NCBI GenBank assembly: GCA_049999805.1
Contig: JBNGIO010005873.1
Location: 100,765-143,916 of the forward strand
DNA from: Folioceros fuciformis
Lineage: Eukaryota
Direction of reading: 5' to 3'
Length of the DNA: 43,152 bases
Positions 24,198-36,183 of this stretch are shown here, piece by piece (position 1 is the first letter of the stretch; every line of letters starts with the position of its first letter). Below the pieces are notes generated by a model. The model ran no database searches. It was given only the letters and a program-made list of their open reading frames with translations, and was not told the DNA's origin. The position numbers and the translations under genes were made by a program.

Positions 24198-24764
24198 CCC
24201 TCGCCCCGATTGCTGATCCCAAGTTGCTGCTCGCTCCCGCCTGTTGTCTTCCCCGGAGTACTAGAGCTCTTCAGTCGCGAAACAAGGGAGCTTTGCCTTG
24301 ATCTCAACTTATGTTAGGTCTGTAGGTGCTATGCCTGCATTTCAGTGGCCCTGCCCCTGGCCCTGGACGTGGTTACACGTTCGCCTAGGATATTACAAAT
24401 AGAAAAGGCAGTGGAGCAAGCTCGGCGCCTTCGAAGATCCAAGTTTGCCAACGCCTTCACAATGCAACTTGAAACTGCGTTTCTTTTTATAGTGGGAAGA
24501 AACCTCCACGGTTAGCTGTTATATGTTTTCTACTCCTTACTGGTCTTTACCCTCTTTCTATGGCTTAAGGCTCTCAGCATAGCTTCTTCTCCTCCTCAAA
24601 CCAAAGTTGTGGATGCTGAACATCAATCTTGAAAATTCCTGCATTGCCATCTCCTGGGGGCCTCTGGTGGTGGAGGAAGCTCGGCGCTTGTTTTCTACAA
24701 AGCTCTAACTGAAGGGCACAAATTTGCAAAATATTCTGTACGATGCATCATGCAACTGGTTTCT

Positions 24765-25925
24765 CTAATCCAGGGGATAGAATCCACTGGCAGTGAAGCC
24801 TCCATCCACAGAAATAATTTGACCGGTGACGTACTTGGCAGCGGGGAGGGAGAGAAAGGCTGCAACTGCTGCCACTTCCTCAGGCTCCCCTACACGGCGG
24901 GCAGGAGTCCGACTGAGTACGTCCTTCACGAACGCATCGTCTGCTAGCAGCTGCAACCAACGAAAACAAAGCTCAACACCAAGCAAGGAGATGAAACGAG
25001 AAGGAAAGACCTCAGTAGTAGGTACCTTCTCGACGAGGGGAGTCCTTATGTACCATGGAGACACGGAGTTCACTCGTATCCCGTCCTTGGCCCATTCGGC
25101 GGCAAGATTCTTGGTTATTTGGTTAAGAGCTCCTGCATGCCAACGACAGCCTGTCAGCACGGCCATGGGCTACTGTGGGACTACGCAGTCATAATGCACT
25201 CACCCTTGGTTGCTGCGTACAGTGTGCCGGAGCGGATGGCTGTGACTCCAGCCACAGAGGAGATCAAAACGATGCTTCCATTTCCTGATGCTTTCAGGAG
25301 CGGATGGGCGAGCTGGTTGAAATGATAAGCGGACTCGAAATTAGTGCTCATGAGGAATGAGTAGTCCTCAGCCGTGTACTCCACAGTCGGTTTCCTGATG
25401 TTCGTCCCCACATTGTTCACCTGTCGACCACACACGTTTCAGTCCTAACAAAACCTCCGGCCTCCTGATGTGCACTGCAACATAGGAAATCACGATGTGG
25501 CATGGCAAGGCATACCAAAATGTTCAGCTTGCCTCCGAAATGCTCTCCTACTTTCCGAATGAGCTCTGTCCTGGCTTCCCGCACGGAGGCATCGCACACA
25601 GAGCCCTCGACCGAAAACCCCGCAGCTCTCCATTCCTTCAACCGCTCAGCAACATCGTTTTCCGACCGCGCGCAAATGTAAACGGACGCTCCCAGGCCAG
25701 CCAGCTCCTCTGCAATGGCGCGGCTGCATCATACTCAACGTCACGCTCCGGGCTACGGGAAGGCAAAATCACAAGTGCGAGCATCAATCCTTCCACAGTC
25801 CAGGAGAGGTGCGCGAGGAGGAGAAGGAGAGCAAACCCTAGACCCTTCGTGCCACCCGTGACCAAGGCTGTCTGGCCCTTGAGACTCCATCGACCAGCCA
25901 GGGATTGAGGCCCTGTCCCCGCCAT
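24765..25925 (-). CDS. Tropinone reductase-like short-chain dehydrogenase/reductase, 5 exons
   Basis: [19 protein letters not shown] (TGxxxGxG), [30 protein letters not shown] (YxxxK), [26 protein letters not shown]. Confidence 0.93.
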
Positions 25926-26368
25926 TTCGCACCACGGCTGCGCCGAATTCGGAAGATGCTTGCCTGACGTTCCAGGAATATGGTTGTGCGGCTCGGACGG
26001 CACGAGACGGCATGCATGCCTGGTTAGTCGGAAAAGCTCATGACTCCAGTGCTTCTGATGCGTTCGGGACACTTGTCCCAAGCTTCATTGGACAGACATC
26101 GACATGCAGTAGGTAGATTAGGTGGAAACGTTGGCTGGTCGTTGATGTTAACTGGGAGTGAGACCCTCGATTTGGCTTCATTCAAGCCAACCGATCAATC
26201 CAACATTTAGTTAATACTAAATTGAATTTGCGGGTTCCCGTTACCTACGATGCGGTCGAGGTGTACACGACAGTACAATTGTACGTGTACCAAGACCCGT
26301 ACATCCATCTGAATTCGGCCGAGCTAATTCGCTTGGAAAGGCGAGCGCGCCAGGGACTGGGAGGCAGC

Positions 26369-28329
26369 ATGGACTTCTCTCGTTGGGGCGGTTTCCGTGA
26401 TTTGCCAACGATGATTTTCCAGTACAACGAGCTCCAGATTCGTGATGCCCTGAACCGCAGGTTTGTCCTCGTCTCGTAAACATTGTTTGCGACTGCCTGA
26501 CGCAGCACTTGGAAAACACGGTGGAGAAGAAGTGAAAGGTTTGCCATGTCTTTGGTACGCGACTGGGCAGGATACCTGATGGATGCTGCCGCGCAGCATT
26601 TGTGGTTCTGTTTCTGTTGCTTTCGGAGGTCGACACTTTAGTTATGTCGTGAATTCGCCATTGCCTGGTCTGCATGGATGGGAGCGCTCCTGCGTGTGCG
26701 CCATGCATGGGATGGCGGTTGCCCGGATGTCGGGACCAGGTTTCTTATGCATGTGCAGTTGTGATTATGTACGAGCATGCAAGGAGTTAGCAGCGGTGCT
26801 GAAGGTCTACAGAAGGGTGGACAAGGTCATTCAGGCGGCTATGTATGATGACGTGCTTGTAGCATTCCGAGTACTTGCTAGGTGAGTTCGGATTCCCCTG
26901 TGTCACTTGATTTGCAAGCAGTAGGGTTAGGGATGTTACTCAGTGTGTGGTGGTTAATGTATTCTTTGACAGCTTGGACACAAGCAAACAACGGGCAGCA
27001 GCAAATTTTCTGTTCCAAGAGGCGGAGAGGATACTGCCCAAGCAGCGACGGCTTGCAGCCGAAAATCAATACAAGCAAGCTGCGATAGCTCAAAGCCACC
27101 GCTCTAAGAGCCAGCAGCAGAGAACAGCAGGTGAGCATACCGAGTTGCCTCCTTCCGTCACAAAGAGCTTATTTCTTTGTTCAACTGCATGGCTCTGAGT
27201 ACTGTCGTCGAGCTCCACTGGCATGCCTCTTCGGCGAAGAAGCTCATACTGTGATAAACGAGCCACACTGTGAGCTAGTTTAGAACTTGTGTCATGTTGG
27301 AGTGACTCCAGCCGAAAGCCTGGCAGGGGGCTATGTTTTACAACAGCAATCGAGTCATGTTTATCTAGATCGCGCTTTGGAATCTGAGACGTCGTGATTG
27401 TGATGTTCCAGACTACGTTCCACTTGCTCATGATGTTCTGGTCCACATCTTTGGATTTCTGGATCCTTGTGCGTTAGCAACAGCTCGTGCTGTGTGCAGG
27501 TTCAAACCTCTCTCTTGTTTGCATGAATTGTTTTGGAATTGGTTTTCTTTTCTTCAGTTTATTACTTCATTAGGGACGTGTGAAACCTGGATTGAAGGGT
27601 TGGTGAGGATGAGTATTGGTTGAAGAAGTGGGTGGTGGGGTAATCGATGATTTCCGACAGGGACTGGAGAGCGGCAGCCTCGGAGGACTCGCTTTGGCGT
27701 TCATTATACCATCGTTTTATTGCCTTGAATGTGTTCGTCAGATGTTCCCGAGTCCCTCCAGGAGTTGCCTGGTCGGAGGCTTTCGAAACTGCTCGAACAT
27801 GTTTTCCTCTCTCTTCCCCCTTTTGTCATTGGAATTCAATGCGGAGTTGGACATCCGTTTCCGTTCTAATTTACCATTTGTTGCGTAAGCAGATCATCCA
27901 GACGCACTCTTTCTCTCCAACAGAGCCTTCTGCTGGGACTGTCGTCGGATACTTTGGATGAGCGAGTCACGAGAAAGCCAAGGGACCTGCACCGGACAGG
28001 GGACCAGCAGCAGACTGGTCGTCAAGCATCACACGGTCATGCCTTTCGCTCTTGAACAGGTGAGTCCGTTTAACTTATGGTGGTGTGATCTTCCTTCCAA
28101 AAGATCACGTATCTTTTACGAAGGAACGTAGTGTGCTCGGGAGGCTGTTTCCCTAAGCTCGTGCCGTTTCCGTTCTCAGGTGATGAGGTACAGTGGGTTC
28201 TGGACCTGGAGGGACATTAAAGGCGAGGAGGAGAGAGACGAGGATGAGGAAGGTGAAGACGAGTTTGTGGAAGGTGAGGATGATGAATTCCTCACTTCAC
28301 CTCTTTCTCTCGCTGTGGCTGATCCCTAG
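26369..28329 (+). CDS. F-box protein resembling Arabidopsis At5g52880-type proteins, about 7 exons (approx. 26369-26460, 26759-26881, 26973-27130, 27412-27499, 27661-27800, 27893-28059, 28180-28329)
   Basis: Spliced translation gives DYVRACKEL, DDVLVAFR, AANFLFQEAERILPKQRR, F-box LAHDVLVHIFGFLDPCALATARAVCRDWRAAASEDSLW, SNRAFCWDC and an acidic tail. Family similarity is recalled, not searched. Exon 5 donor is uncertain. Confidence 0.78.
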
Positions 28330-29985
28330 ACTAATCGGTTAGCTGTGTAGGCATATCCTCTTGAGTGCAAGACTCTTATCCTTCAATAGCAATGGACTGG
28401 CGCTCGATGTTCTCCGAGAAAAGTGAATGGCATTGGTCCATGTGCAGAACTCCTCCAGGAAATTGAAAGAAGTGAGAGGAAGAAGAGAGCTGCCTGCCGA
28501 CTGTGTAGACAACTCTCCGTGCGATGGTGGCAGCTGCTTAGACCTGGGCTTGCCTTTGCGCCGGCTAATTAGTCAAGCTAATGATGGCGAGCGGATTCAG
28601 TTCCATGAGGGATAGCCACAACGGCCTCTTGTCCAAACGGCTGGACATACATCTAAAAGAATTCCACGATTATGCACCACGATTATGCATACTGTGCGAC
28701 CATGTTGGAACTTGGATGGAATTCCTAAAAAGTAAGGTTTTGGGGATTTTCAAATACCAAATTACATGATGGATTATACAATTTTTTTCCTTCTTTTCTT
28801 TCTTCTACATCTTGCTTCCACATCTGTGGATTGTTGGCTTGGCCTGCGGGCAGAATGTTCAGCTCTACGAGTCGATATCCAAGTGAATCTCGTTTTCTTT
28901 GAACAACGACTTTCAACATGAAATACAGGACACTACTGGCGTCATAGCCCCATGCAAAGAAAGCCCGAGAAACTGGTTCTCGGACAAGCTTTAAGAACTG
29001 CAAAACCAGTGCTCACCTTTCCTGTGTGCGCAGCCGACTTCTCTACGCTGTTGAGGTTCGGAGCCCAGGCTGCCATTGAAGGCATCCAGATCAGATTCAT
29101 GGGAAGAGCGCTCGAACGAGGCCCACAATCCTGGAAACAGGTGAAGATCTAATTGATTTCCAGGACTTGGCGAATCTCTCATTAAATTCCATGCTTTGAA
29201 ATGCACAGTGCAGTTTGTAAAGAGACATACCTACTAGGAGACACCAGCTTGTCCAGGCAAGCACTCATGTTTGCGAAACGAGTACAAGACGAAGGGTCAG
29301 GGGCTGGTGGACTCAGACCACAAAATGGCTTAGCAAATACAAACTGCATGCAGGCCAAATCCGACACAACACAGACAACATTATCGAGGAAAAATATACC
29401 AGGAAAGTCTGGGCAGACCTGCCTAACGTGGAAGGTGACATACAATTGTACACAGAGAATAGAAAGTCCACAGGAGCATACACCCAGCAGACATGTATGT
29501 GGGACGTAACTTTCACCCCATAAACCTAACAGTCTATGTCCCGGTTCACATGCAGAGGACACAAGGTCAGGATGTGGCGGACAGAGCTTACATGGAGAGA
29601 GACGAACAATGAGTCATTCTGAGGCGGCCATCACATCTTCTTCACCTGTACCGCATTTGCCTCGAACACAGGTGCATTCTTGCTTCATTTGTCCATACGA
29701 AATATGCGCCCTAGGCTGAGCCCTTCCTGGGCAGTCCTTGTCACCACATCCGTTCTGTTCATGCTTTCCTAAACCTGGTGTGCATCATCCAGCTACGACG
29801 TGAGTGAGGTAGGCAAGGACACGGTTAACGCCCATGATGTGCCTGGATGAGTGTTAAGCGATCTATGCCCCATCTCTCAGTTAGGAAAGGGATGGAATTA
29901 ACTAAGCACATACAGCCCGAAAGGAAGGAGCACTATCCACGGGCGCACAACCGTAGAGCACTGGCAACCTAGTTCTTCACCATTC

Positions 29986-32943
29986 TCACGGTCGACCCTT
30001 ACAACTGCAACAACCAGCTGCGAATCGATGCACACGGTATCCATCCCTCACAACAATGTCTCGCTGTTCAAGCCTTGACATTATCTCTGTGGAACTGTGG
30101 CAGTCACTGCACATGCGGAGATTCTTCGTCACCATCAGTGGTGTCCCACTCGGAGTGTTCAAGAGGCCAAACGCCAGAGCTAGCTTCTCAGCATGTCCAC
30201 AAAGCACATCTTCCTTTTCCTTTTCAGACATTGGCTGAAACACGAACTCTGCGTGAGGAACGGAGATTGGCTTCAACACCAACTTCGTGTGAGGTATGTG
30301 GCCTCCTTCCTGCTTCAGACGTGCGTTCGTTCTCTCTACCTGAAGTGCAATATCCTCCCTTTTTTCTCCCACCACAAATCTATGTATTTCATTATTCACC
30401 TCTATGGTTGCCACCGCAGGCTTCTTGTTAGCTCCTAACATCATTCGCTGTTTTTCAATCCTGTCTACATCAGTCCACCTACCTGCATTGGCGTAGGCAC
30501 TCGCCATGAGCACATATGCGGGAGCCTCTTGTGGGTCCAGCCTGACAATGCTTTCAAAACACCACCTGGCCCTCTCTACATCCCTGTGACTTTTGCAGGC
30601 ATTCAACAAAGACTTCAATCCCACAACATTACTTTGAGTCTCGGATGATAAGCGCATCTTCTCTTCTAGCATCTTCTCTGCCTCATCTAGATGGCCTGCA
30701 CGCCCAAGAAGATCAATCATGCAATTATAATGCTCAAGACTAGGTGTGATACCATGCTGTTTAGCCATGGAATCAAAGTACTTGCGTCCATCATCGACCA
30801 GTCCCCCATGACTGCATGCCACTAGTAGGCAAGTAAAAGTAACATCATTAGGCTGAATTCCAGCAACCAACATCTCCTCAAAACAAGCTAGAGCCTTGTG
30901 ACCCTCATCACAAGTACCATATCCAGCTATCAGGGCGGTCCATGTCACCACATCTTTTGCGTCCATGCTGTCAAAAACCTGGCGAGCGTCTTCCACTTCC
31001 CCGCATTTTACATACATGTCTACGAGGCTGTTGCCCACCACTATGTTGTCAAACAGCCTTCTCTCCACAATCTGTGAGTGCAGCTGCCTTCCCTTCTGTA
31101 AAGCACCAGTGTTTGCACAGGCCTTCAGAAGGCAAGCAAAAGTAACAGGGTTAGCTAAGATGAGACCACTTTTTTCCATTTGTTCATACACCACAAACGC
31201 CTCTTGGCAGACTCCTTCCTGTGCATACCCACATTTTGCATACATGTCCACCAGGCAGTTCCCCAACACTACATCATCAAGTAGTCCTCTTTCGACAATC
31301 TGTGAGTGCAGGTGCCTGCCCTTCTCTATAGCACCAGTGCTTGCACAGGCATTCAGAAGGCAACAGAAGGTAACACGGTCAGCCAAAATCAGGCCCTCCT
31401 CCTCCATTTGTCCATAGAGGGCAAGTGCCTCATGTCCGAGCCCTTGCTGGGCATACCCAGCCATCAGGGCATTCCATGTCACTACATTCTTTGTGTTCAT
31501 GCTGTCAAAAACCTGGCGTGCATCTTTGAGTTCACCATACTTCGCAAACCCAGATATCAGTGCATTCCATGTCACCACATCCTTCGCGGCCATGTGGTCA
31601 AAAACTTGGCGAGCCGCTTTCAGTTCCCCACATTTCGCGTACATGTCCACCAGGGCATTGCCAACAAATAAGTTTGTAGGAATGCCACTCTGCAGTACAT
31701 CGTAGTGCACTTTTCTCCCGGATTCCAAGTCACCGGCAAATGCACACGCCTGAAGGGCAGCTACAAAGACGTGAGCATCCGCCTTGACTCCTGACCTACG
31801 CATCTCATGATACAGTCGTATGGCCTCACTAGGTCTCCCTTGCTTAGCACAAGCGGTCATTATGGAGGACCACATGAAAGCATCTGGTTTGCCCACCCTG
31901 CTGAGCACATCCATGGCCTTGTCTAGCCGACCTCCACCTGCATACATGCGCAAGATCTGGTTCCCCAAATACGCATTCGACTCGTATCCAAGTTTGACAA
32001 TGAGCTCATGAACTCGTCGACCCACGACCAGATCCTTCTTGGCTGTACACAGTTTCAGCACAGGGTAGAACAGAGACTCAGAACCGGGAGAGTCTGTGAG
32101 CGCTAGAGATTCCAGGGCTCCAACGGCCTCAAAAAGCTTCCCCTGTTGACATAACATGTTCACGGTAATAGCAGTGACAACACCCGTTTCCGATCCTGCA
32201 CACCTTTCACGTTCAGGCTTATTCTGAGGGCTAGATTCAGAGGGAGAGGGACCATGAACCATCGGATGAGCAAGTGATGGGCTCCGTACACTGCTACAGC
32301 AGGATCCCATTTCTGAACCTGCACACCATACAGGTTCAGGATCGTCTGGAGAGCTGGACTTGGGAGGAGAGGCACCGTGAGGCATGAGCATATCCAAGGA
32401 GAAGAGTTGCTCATCAACCCAAGCTGGCTTAAACATGTTGTTCAACCACAACACCTCTCCAGACCCCTTGCGCCGGAAGTCAGGGTAACGGGAACTCTTC
32501 TTATGTCGTCTGTTGTCCCACCACATGGTAGGGTCCAGAAAAAATTGTTGCCACAAATGCTCCTGCTCCTGGCAACGACCATCGCTGGAAATCCCGTCCG
32601 TATCCTTTCTCAGGAGTGAGGGTGCTGCGCTCCTTACACTGCTGCACCTAGAGGCTTTGCTTGCCAGGGTTCGACTCCCTAAGATGAGGTTAGCAGGAGC
32701 TCCTCGTAGAATCCCAAAACACACACCAATTTGTTGGGTCTCACCTGAAATCCGATGAAATGCAAAGAAAAGAAAAGAAGCTTTAGCCTTGGCTATGGCC
32801 ATCGTTGAGGGACCGCTGTCGGAGGTGCATGACAAGACTAGACTGCTCACAAATGCGCCCCCGCTACGCACTCTAACCCACATCCCCCCACAGCAACCGG
32901 GCCAGGGTTGGTAGACTGACCTGGACGGTGAATGGCTGTGCAT
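29986..32943 (-). CDS. PLS-PPR protein with C-terminal DYW:KP (GRP-ending) deaminase-like domain and N-terminal PDF motif; candidate U-to-C RNA editing factor
   Basis: PLS repeats; KKPAVATIEV replaces the PG box; CGHAEKLA, KNLRMCSDCH, HRFAAGCCSCKGRP*. N-terminal LWQQFF..PTMWWDNR.HK..RYPDF..KGSGEVLWL. True start may be a downstream Met. Confidence 0.92.
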   Translation of the reverse strand: MHSHSPSRSVYQPWPGCCGGMWVRVRSGGAFVSSLVLSCTSDSGPSTMAIAKAKASFLFFAFHRISGETQQIGVCFGILRGAPANLILGSRTLASKASRCSSVRSAAPSLLRKDTDGISSDGRCQEQEHLWQQFFLDPTMWWDNRRHKKSSRYPDFRRKGSGEVLWLNNMFKPAWVDEQLFSLDMLMPHGASPPKSSSPDDPEPVWCAGSEMGSCCSSVRSPSLAHPMVHGPSPSESSPQNKPERERCAGSETGVVTAITVNMLCQQGKLFEAVGALESLALTDSPGSESLFYPVLKLCTAKKDLVVGRRVHELIVKLGYESNAYLGNQILRMYAGGGRLDKAMDVLSRVGKPDAFMWSSIMTACAKQGRPSEAIRLYHEMRRSGVKADAHVFVAALQACAFAGDLESGRKVHYDVLQSGIPTNLFVGNALVDMYAKCGELKAARQVFDHMAAKDVVTWNALISGFAKYGELKDARQVFDSMNTKNVVTWNALMAGYAQQGLGHEALALYGQMEEEGLILADRVTFCCLLNACASTGAIEKGRHLHSQIVERGLLDDVVLGNCLVDMYAKCGYAQEGVCQEAFVVYEQMEKSGLILANPVTFACLLKACANTGALQKGRQLHSQIVERRLFDNIVVGNSLVDMYVKCGEVEDARQVFDSMDAKDVVTWTALIAGYGTCDEGHKALACFEEMLVAGIQPNDVTFTCLLVACSHGGLVDDGRKYFDSMAKQHGITPSLEHYNCMIDLLGRAGHLDEAEKMLEEKMRLSSETQSNVVGLKSLLNACKSHRDVERARWCFESIVRLDPQEAPAYVLMASAYANAGRWTDVDRIEKQRMMLGANKKPAVATIEVNNEIHRFVVGEKREDIALQVERTNARLKQEGGHIPHTKLVLKPISVPHAEFVFQPMSEKEKEDVLCGHAEKLALAFGLLNTPSGTPLMVTKNLRMCSDCHSSTEIMSRLEQRDIVVRDGYRVHRFAAGCCSCKGRP

Positions 32944-33675
32944 ACAAAGCTGTTGAACATCGGGCGGTTCAGCTATGCTCAGGACGGAAATCGCTGCAGA
33001 ATAGCAAGGCTAGACTGCACCTGGAGAAAAATAGCACTAGGCACCTGCACCCCAATTGGACGCTGGCACCTGGACCTGGACCTAAACCTCGCCTGCATCG
33101 GAGAGCGCAGCATTGGCACCCTCTCCTACGCATGCTCATGGTTGATTTCGCTCAGCTAAGGTGAACTGGTGAAGAAGGAGGTCCTACCAAATTGGACAGA
33201 CTTGGCAGAGAAAGCTTCGAAGACTTTCGTGCCCTGTCCGAAGACTTCCTCAACATAACTCATCTCAGCGACTCAGAATGCTGCTATCGCTGCACATGCT
33301 AACTCCAGGCTTGGCGATCGACTACCTCCCGTGCCCGCGCCAGCAGATTTGGTGGTGGGATTTGGGCTAGACCTAAAGCCCAATCCTCAATGTGAGAGCT
33401 TTCTAGGCTTTATACAATGCGTTACAAGGAAAACTCATTCCCCCATTAGTTGTGTAAACAGGCCTAGTTCACGAAAAGGCCTCCATCTGGAATGAAGAAC
33501 CCTAAAAACAGGTATGCAGAGAGAGAAACCTTTCTGTGTCATTAATTAATTGCACACGTTTGGTCTCATTGTTTGACAATGCGGGTGTGACGTACGACCC
33601 AGTGACCCGTCGGGATCGAGTGGAATGGTCGCAGAGTGGGCGAGAGCTCCACCAGCTCTGGGATTGGGTGGCAGA

Positions 33676-35910
33676 CTAGTATTGCTGAATGGCCTCAATT
33701 CTGACGGGGACACCGTTTTTGGGGCATGGCAAACCCCTAAAGTCTCGGCGACTGTCTGGCTTGTCGACTGTCCACCTGTTTGAACACCAGCAGATCAGCA
33801 CCCCGTCAGTCAGCCCACTTAGATATATATCTACATATGCGGATCCGAACTGGGAGCGCATTTGAAAAGCTCTGGCGGTGCAAAGTGGTGGGGGCGCACC
33901 TGAACTTGAGCATCATATGATGCAACATCACTTTGATCTCCATTAGAGCCAGCTCCTTCCCAAGGCATAATCTTTGCCCGCCTCCAAATCCCAGCAGGGT
34001 GAAGGGCTTCGGCGGCACCTGTTCGTAGGCAGGGGACGCACAGTGTCACAAGATAGATCCAAGGATGTCCCACGGCTATCATGAGTCCGACATGACTGTA
34101 GCCATTCCTCGTGCTGAACTCAACTGCAAGCATCAGTCTGCTTACATCGAAGCGAGAGGGATTGAATGTCTTCGGGTCTTGGAAGATTTCTGGACTGTGG
34201 TGCACGTTGTGAGTGTCTAGCACGAGGTTCCAGCCTTTAGGGATATGGTATCCTGCATGTGGCATTTGTGTGAAAAGTAGACTGTCAGAAAGCTTCGAGG
34301 AAGTGATGGCCGCAGTCAAGCACTCGGTGGAAATCCAAACCGATGGCTATGCCGATGCAGCATACTCTTACCATTGAATGTGAAGTCCTCCTTTACCTGT
34401 CGATGCCACCAGAATTCCAGGGAAGCTATTCTGAGCGCCTCGTTGATCACCTGCACAAGGCAGAAAACTAAGAATCGTCTCCGGATACCGGGTTCCAGGA
34501 ATGGAGTAGAAAGAGAGGTTTGAAGGATATGAGTTTCACTTTCGTGGTATAGGTCATTGGTTGGCCAAGTTCGGCCCATGTAAGTGGCTCTCCAGGTTGT
34601 TTGTTTGCTCTCACTGCCCAATGCTCAGCCTACAAACATTGGTCCAAACAGAAGAAAGACATTGGTCCAATTAAAAAATTCCTTGCACATGAGGCCCGCC
34701 ATAGACCGGCCTCACGCTCACCAGCAGCTTCTCCTTGACGCTGGGATTCTCATGGAGCAGCTTGATAATCCAGGTGAGCGTGTTGGTGGATGTTTCGTGG
34801 CCGGCGAAGATGAGCGTGGTCAAATTGTCTCTCAGCTGCTCGTCGCTCAGGGCAGGCTTGTCGATGGACGAATCCGGGTCGACTGCGGTCATCATGTCCT
34901 TCAGAAGGTCGGTGCGAACAATTTTGCCGCTCCTTCTCAACGCAAACTCCGTGTCAAACATTTTTCTCAGCTTCCTTCTTGCCTGCATGCCCGGTCCCCT
35001 GCGTTGTTGTGACATGCACTCTTTCTGCCTATCTCTAGGGCAAGCAGAACAATGAGCTCCAAATTGGCATTGGCCCTGAGCTTCGAATTCGCACCTGCAT
35101 GGCCTTGTGGTACGGGAATCCAGGAAGATTGATGGGCACACTGAGCAAATTGGCACTCACGACCTCGGTGAGCTCCAGGCTCCTGTCACGCACTGCACCA
35201 GGGCCCCAGCTCAGCAACACTCCCGCGATCACATTGAAAGTGAACTGTGCATCGTGCGAGCAAGCAGCAGTCACACTGTTAATCACAATCCCCACGGCGG
35301 GTCGCGAACATTGCAATTTGCAGACAAGCGGTGAGATTCGCCCATTTCCTTCTCATGCACGCACCTTGGTGGCCTCGTGTTTGATCACAGGAACGTCTCC
35401 CGGTTTCCAGGAACTAAGCGTATCGAGAGCCGATTGCTCCACCAGCGGCAGGTACTTCCTAATGCCCTCGCCCATAAAGGCTTCGTTGAGCAATTTGCGA
35501 TAGAGCTTATGCCTGGGGCCGTGCACATTGATGAGGGACTCCTCGCCCATGAGCTTCCTCGCGGGAAGGAACTGGTGCGCCTGCACCAGCTTGTCCTCGC
35601 CGGTAATGAGCAGCTTGGCCGCCTCGGCACCCCTGAAAAACACGTACGGAGTCCCCAACATGTGCGACTTGAACACATTGCTGCCATACTTGCGGAAGCG
35701 CTTCATCCCGAATTCCTCCACATCCCCGGCCTTCAAGTGGGCCAGCACCGTAATCGTCTCACCCAACAGTGGGAAGCCCATGCTCCCCGGCAGGTGCTTG
35801 GACCCCTTGGGCGCCCAGATGCCCCACCGCCCCCAGCACCTCCACACCGGCCAGGCCACAGCCAGCACCGCTAACGCCACTCCAATCTGCACACCCAATG
35901 TCACCTCCAT
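33676..35910 (-). CDS. Cytochrome P450, CYP85 clan, 8 exons (approx. 35910-35365, 35244-35095, 34982-34722, 34629-34540, 34450-34372, 34252-34145, 34018-33900, 33775-33676)
   Basis: N-terminal TM, LPGSMGFPLLGET, VFKSHMLG, I-helix FAGHETS, EALR (ExxR), GYHIPKGW, FNPSRF, heme motif FGGGQRLCLG. Confidence 0.92.
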
Positions 35911-36123
35911 AGGGGACGGCCCTGCTGCTTTCACCGATGCTATGCAATCGTAAGAAGGAAATGCAGAGCTTCGCTACATCCCCTCCAAGTTCACACAGAT
36001 CTGTGAGCTATGAACGCTAGTCCCCAGCAGCTGCCACATACAGTCGTGTCTAGACTGTCCACATCCTGCTATTGAAAGAAGGAGCTGGTGTCGCTACGTT
36101 GGGCATCTTTTGCATTGGTGTCA

Positions 36124-36183
36124 GGAAGGATATATGGACAGAGGGTATTTATACCTCTAGAAGCTCGGTATTTATACCTCGAG
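36124..36183 (-). repeat. Remnant 3' LTR with duplicated TATA-containing segment
   Basis: ggaaggat and gagggtatttatacctctagaag match the 5' LTR (40837 and about 40943). ggtatttatacctc occurs twice (36144, 36167). Confidence 0.7.

Noticed and set aside
28400-29900. Short ORFs between the F-box and PPR-GRP genes
   Set aside because: No motifs; probably UTR or intergenic sequence.
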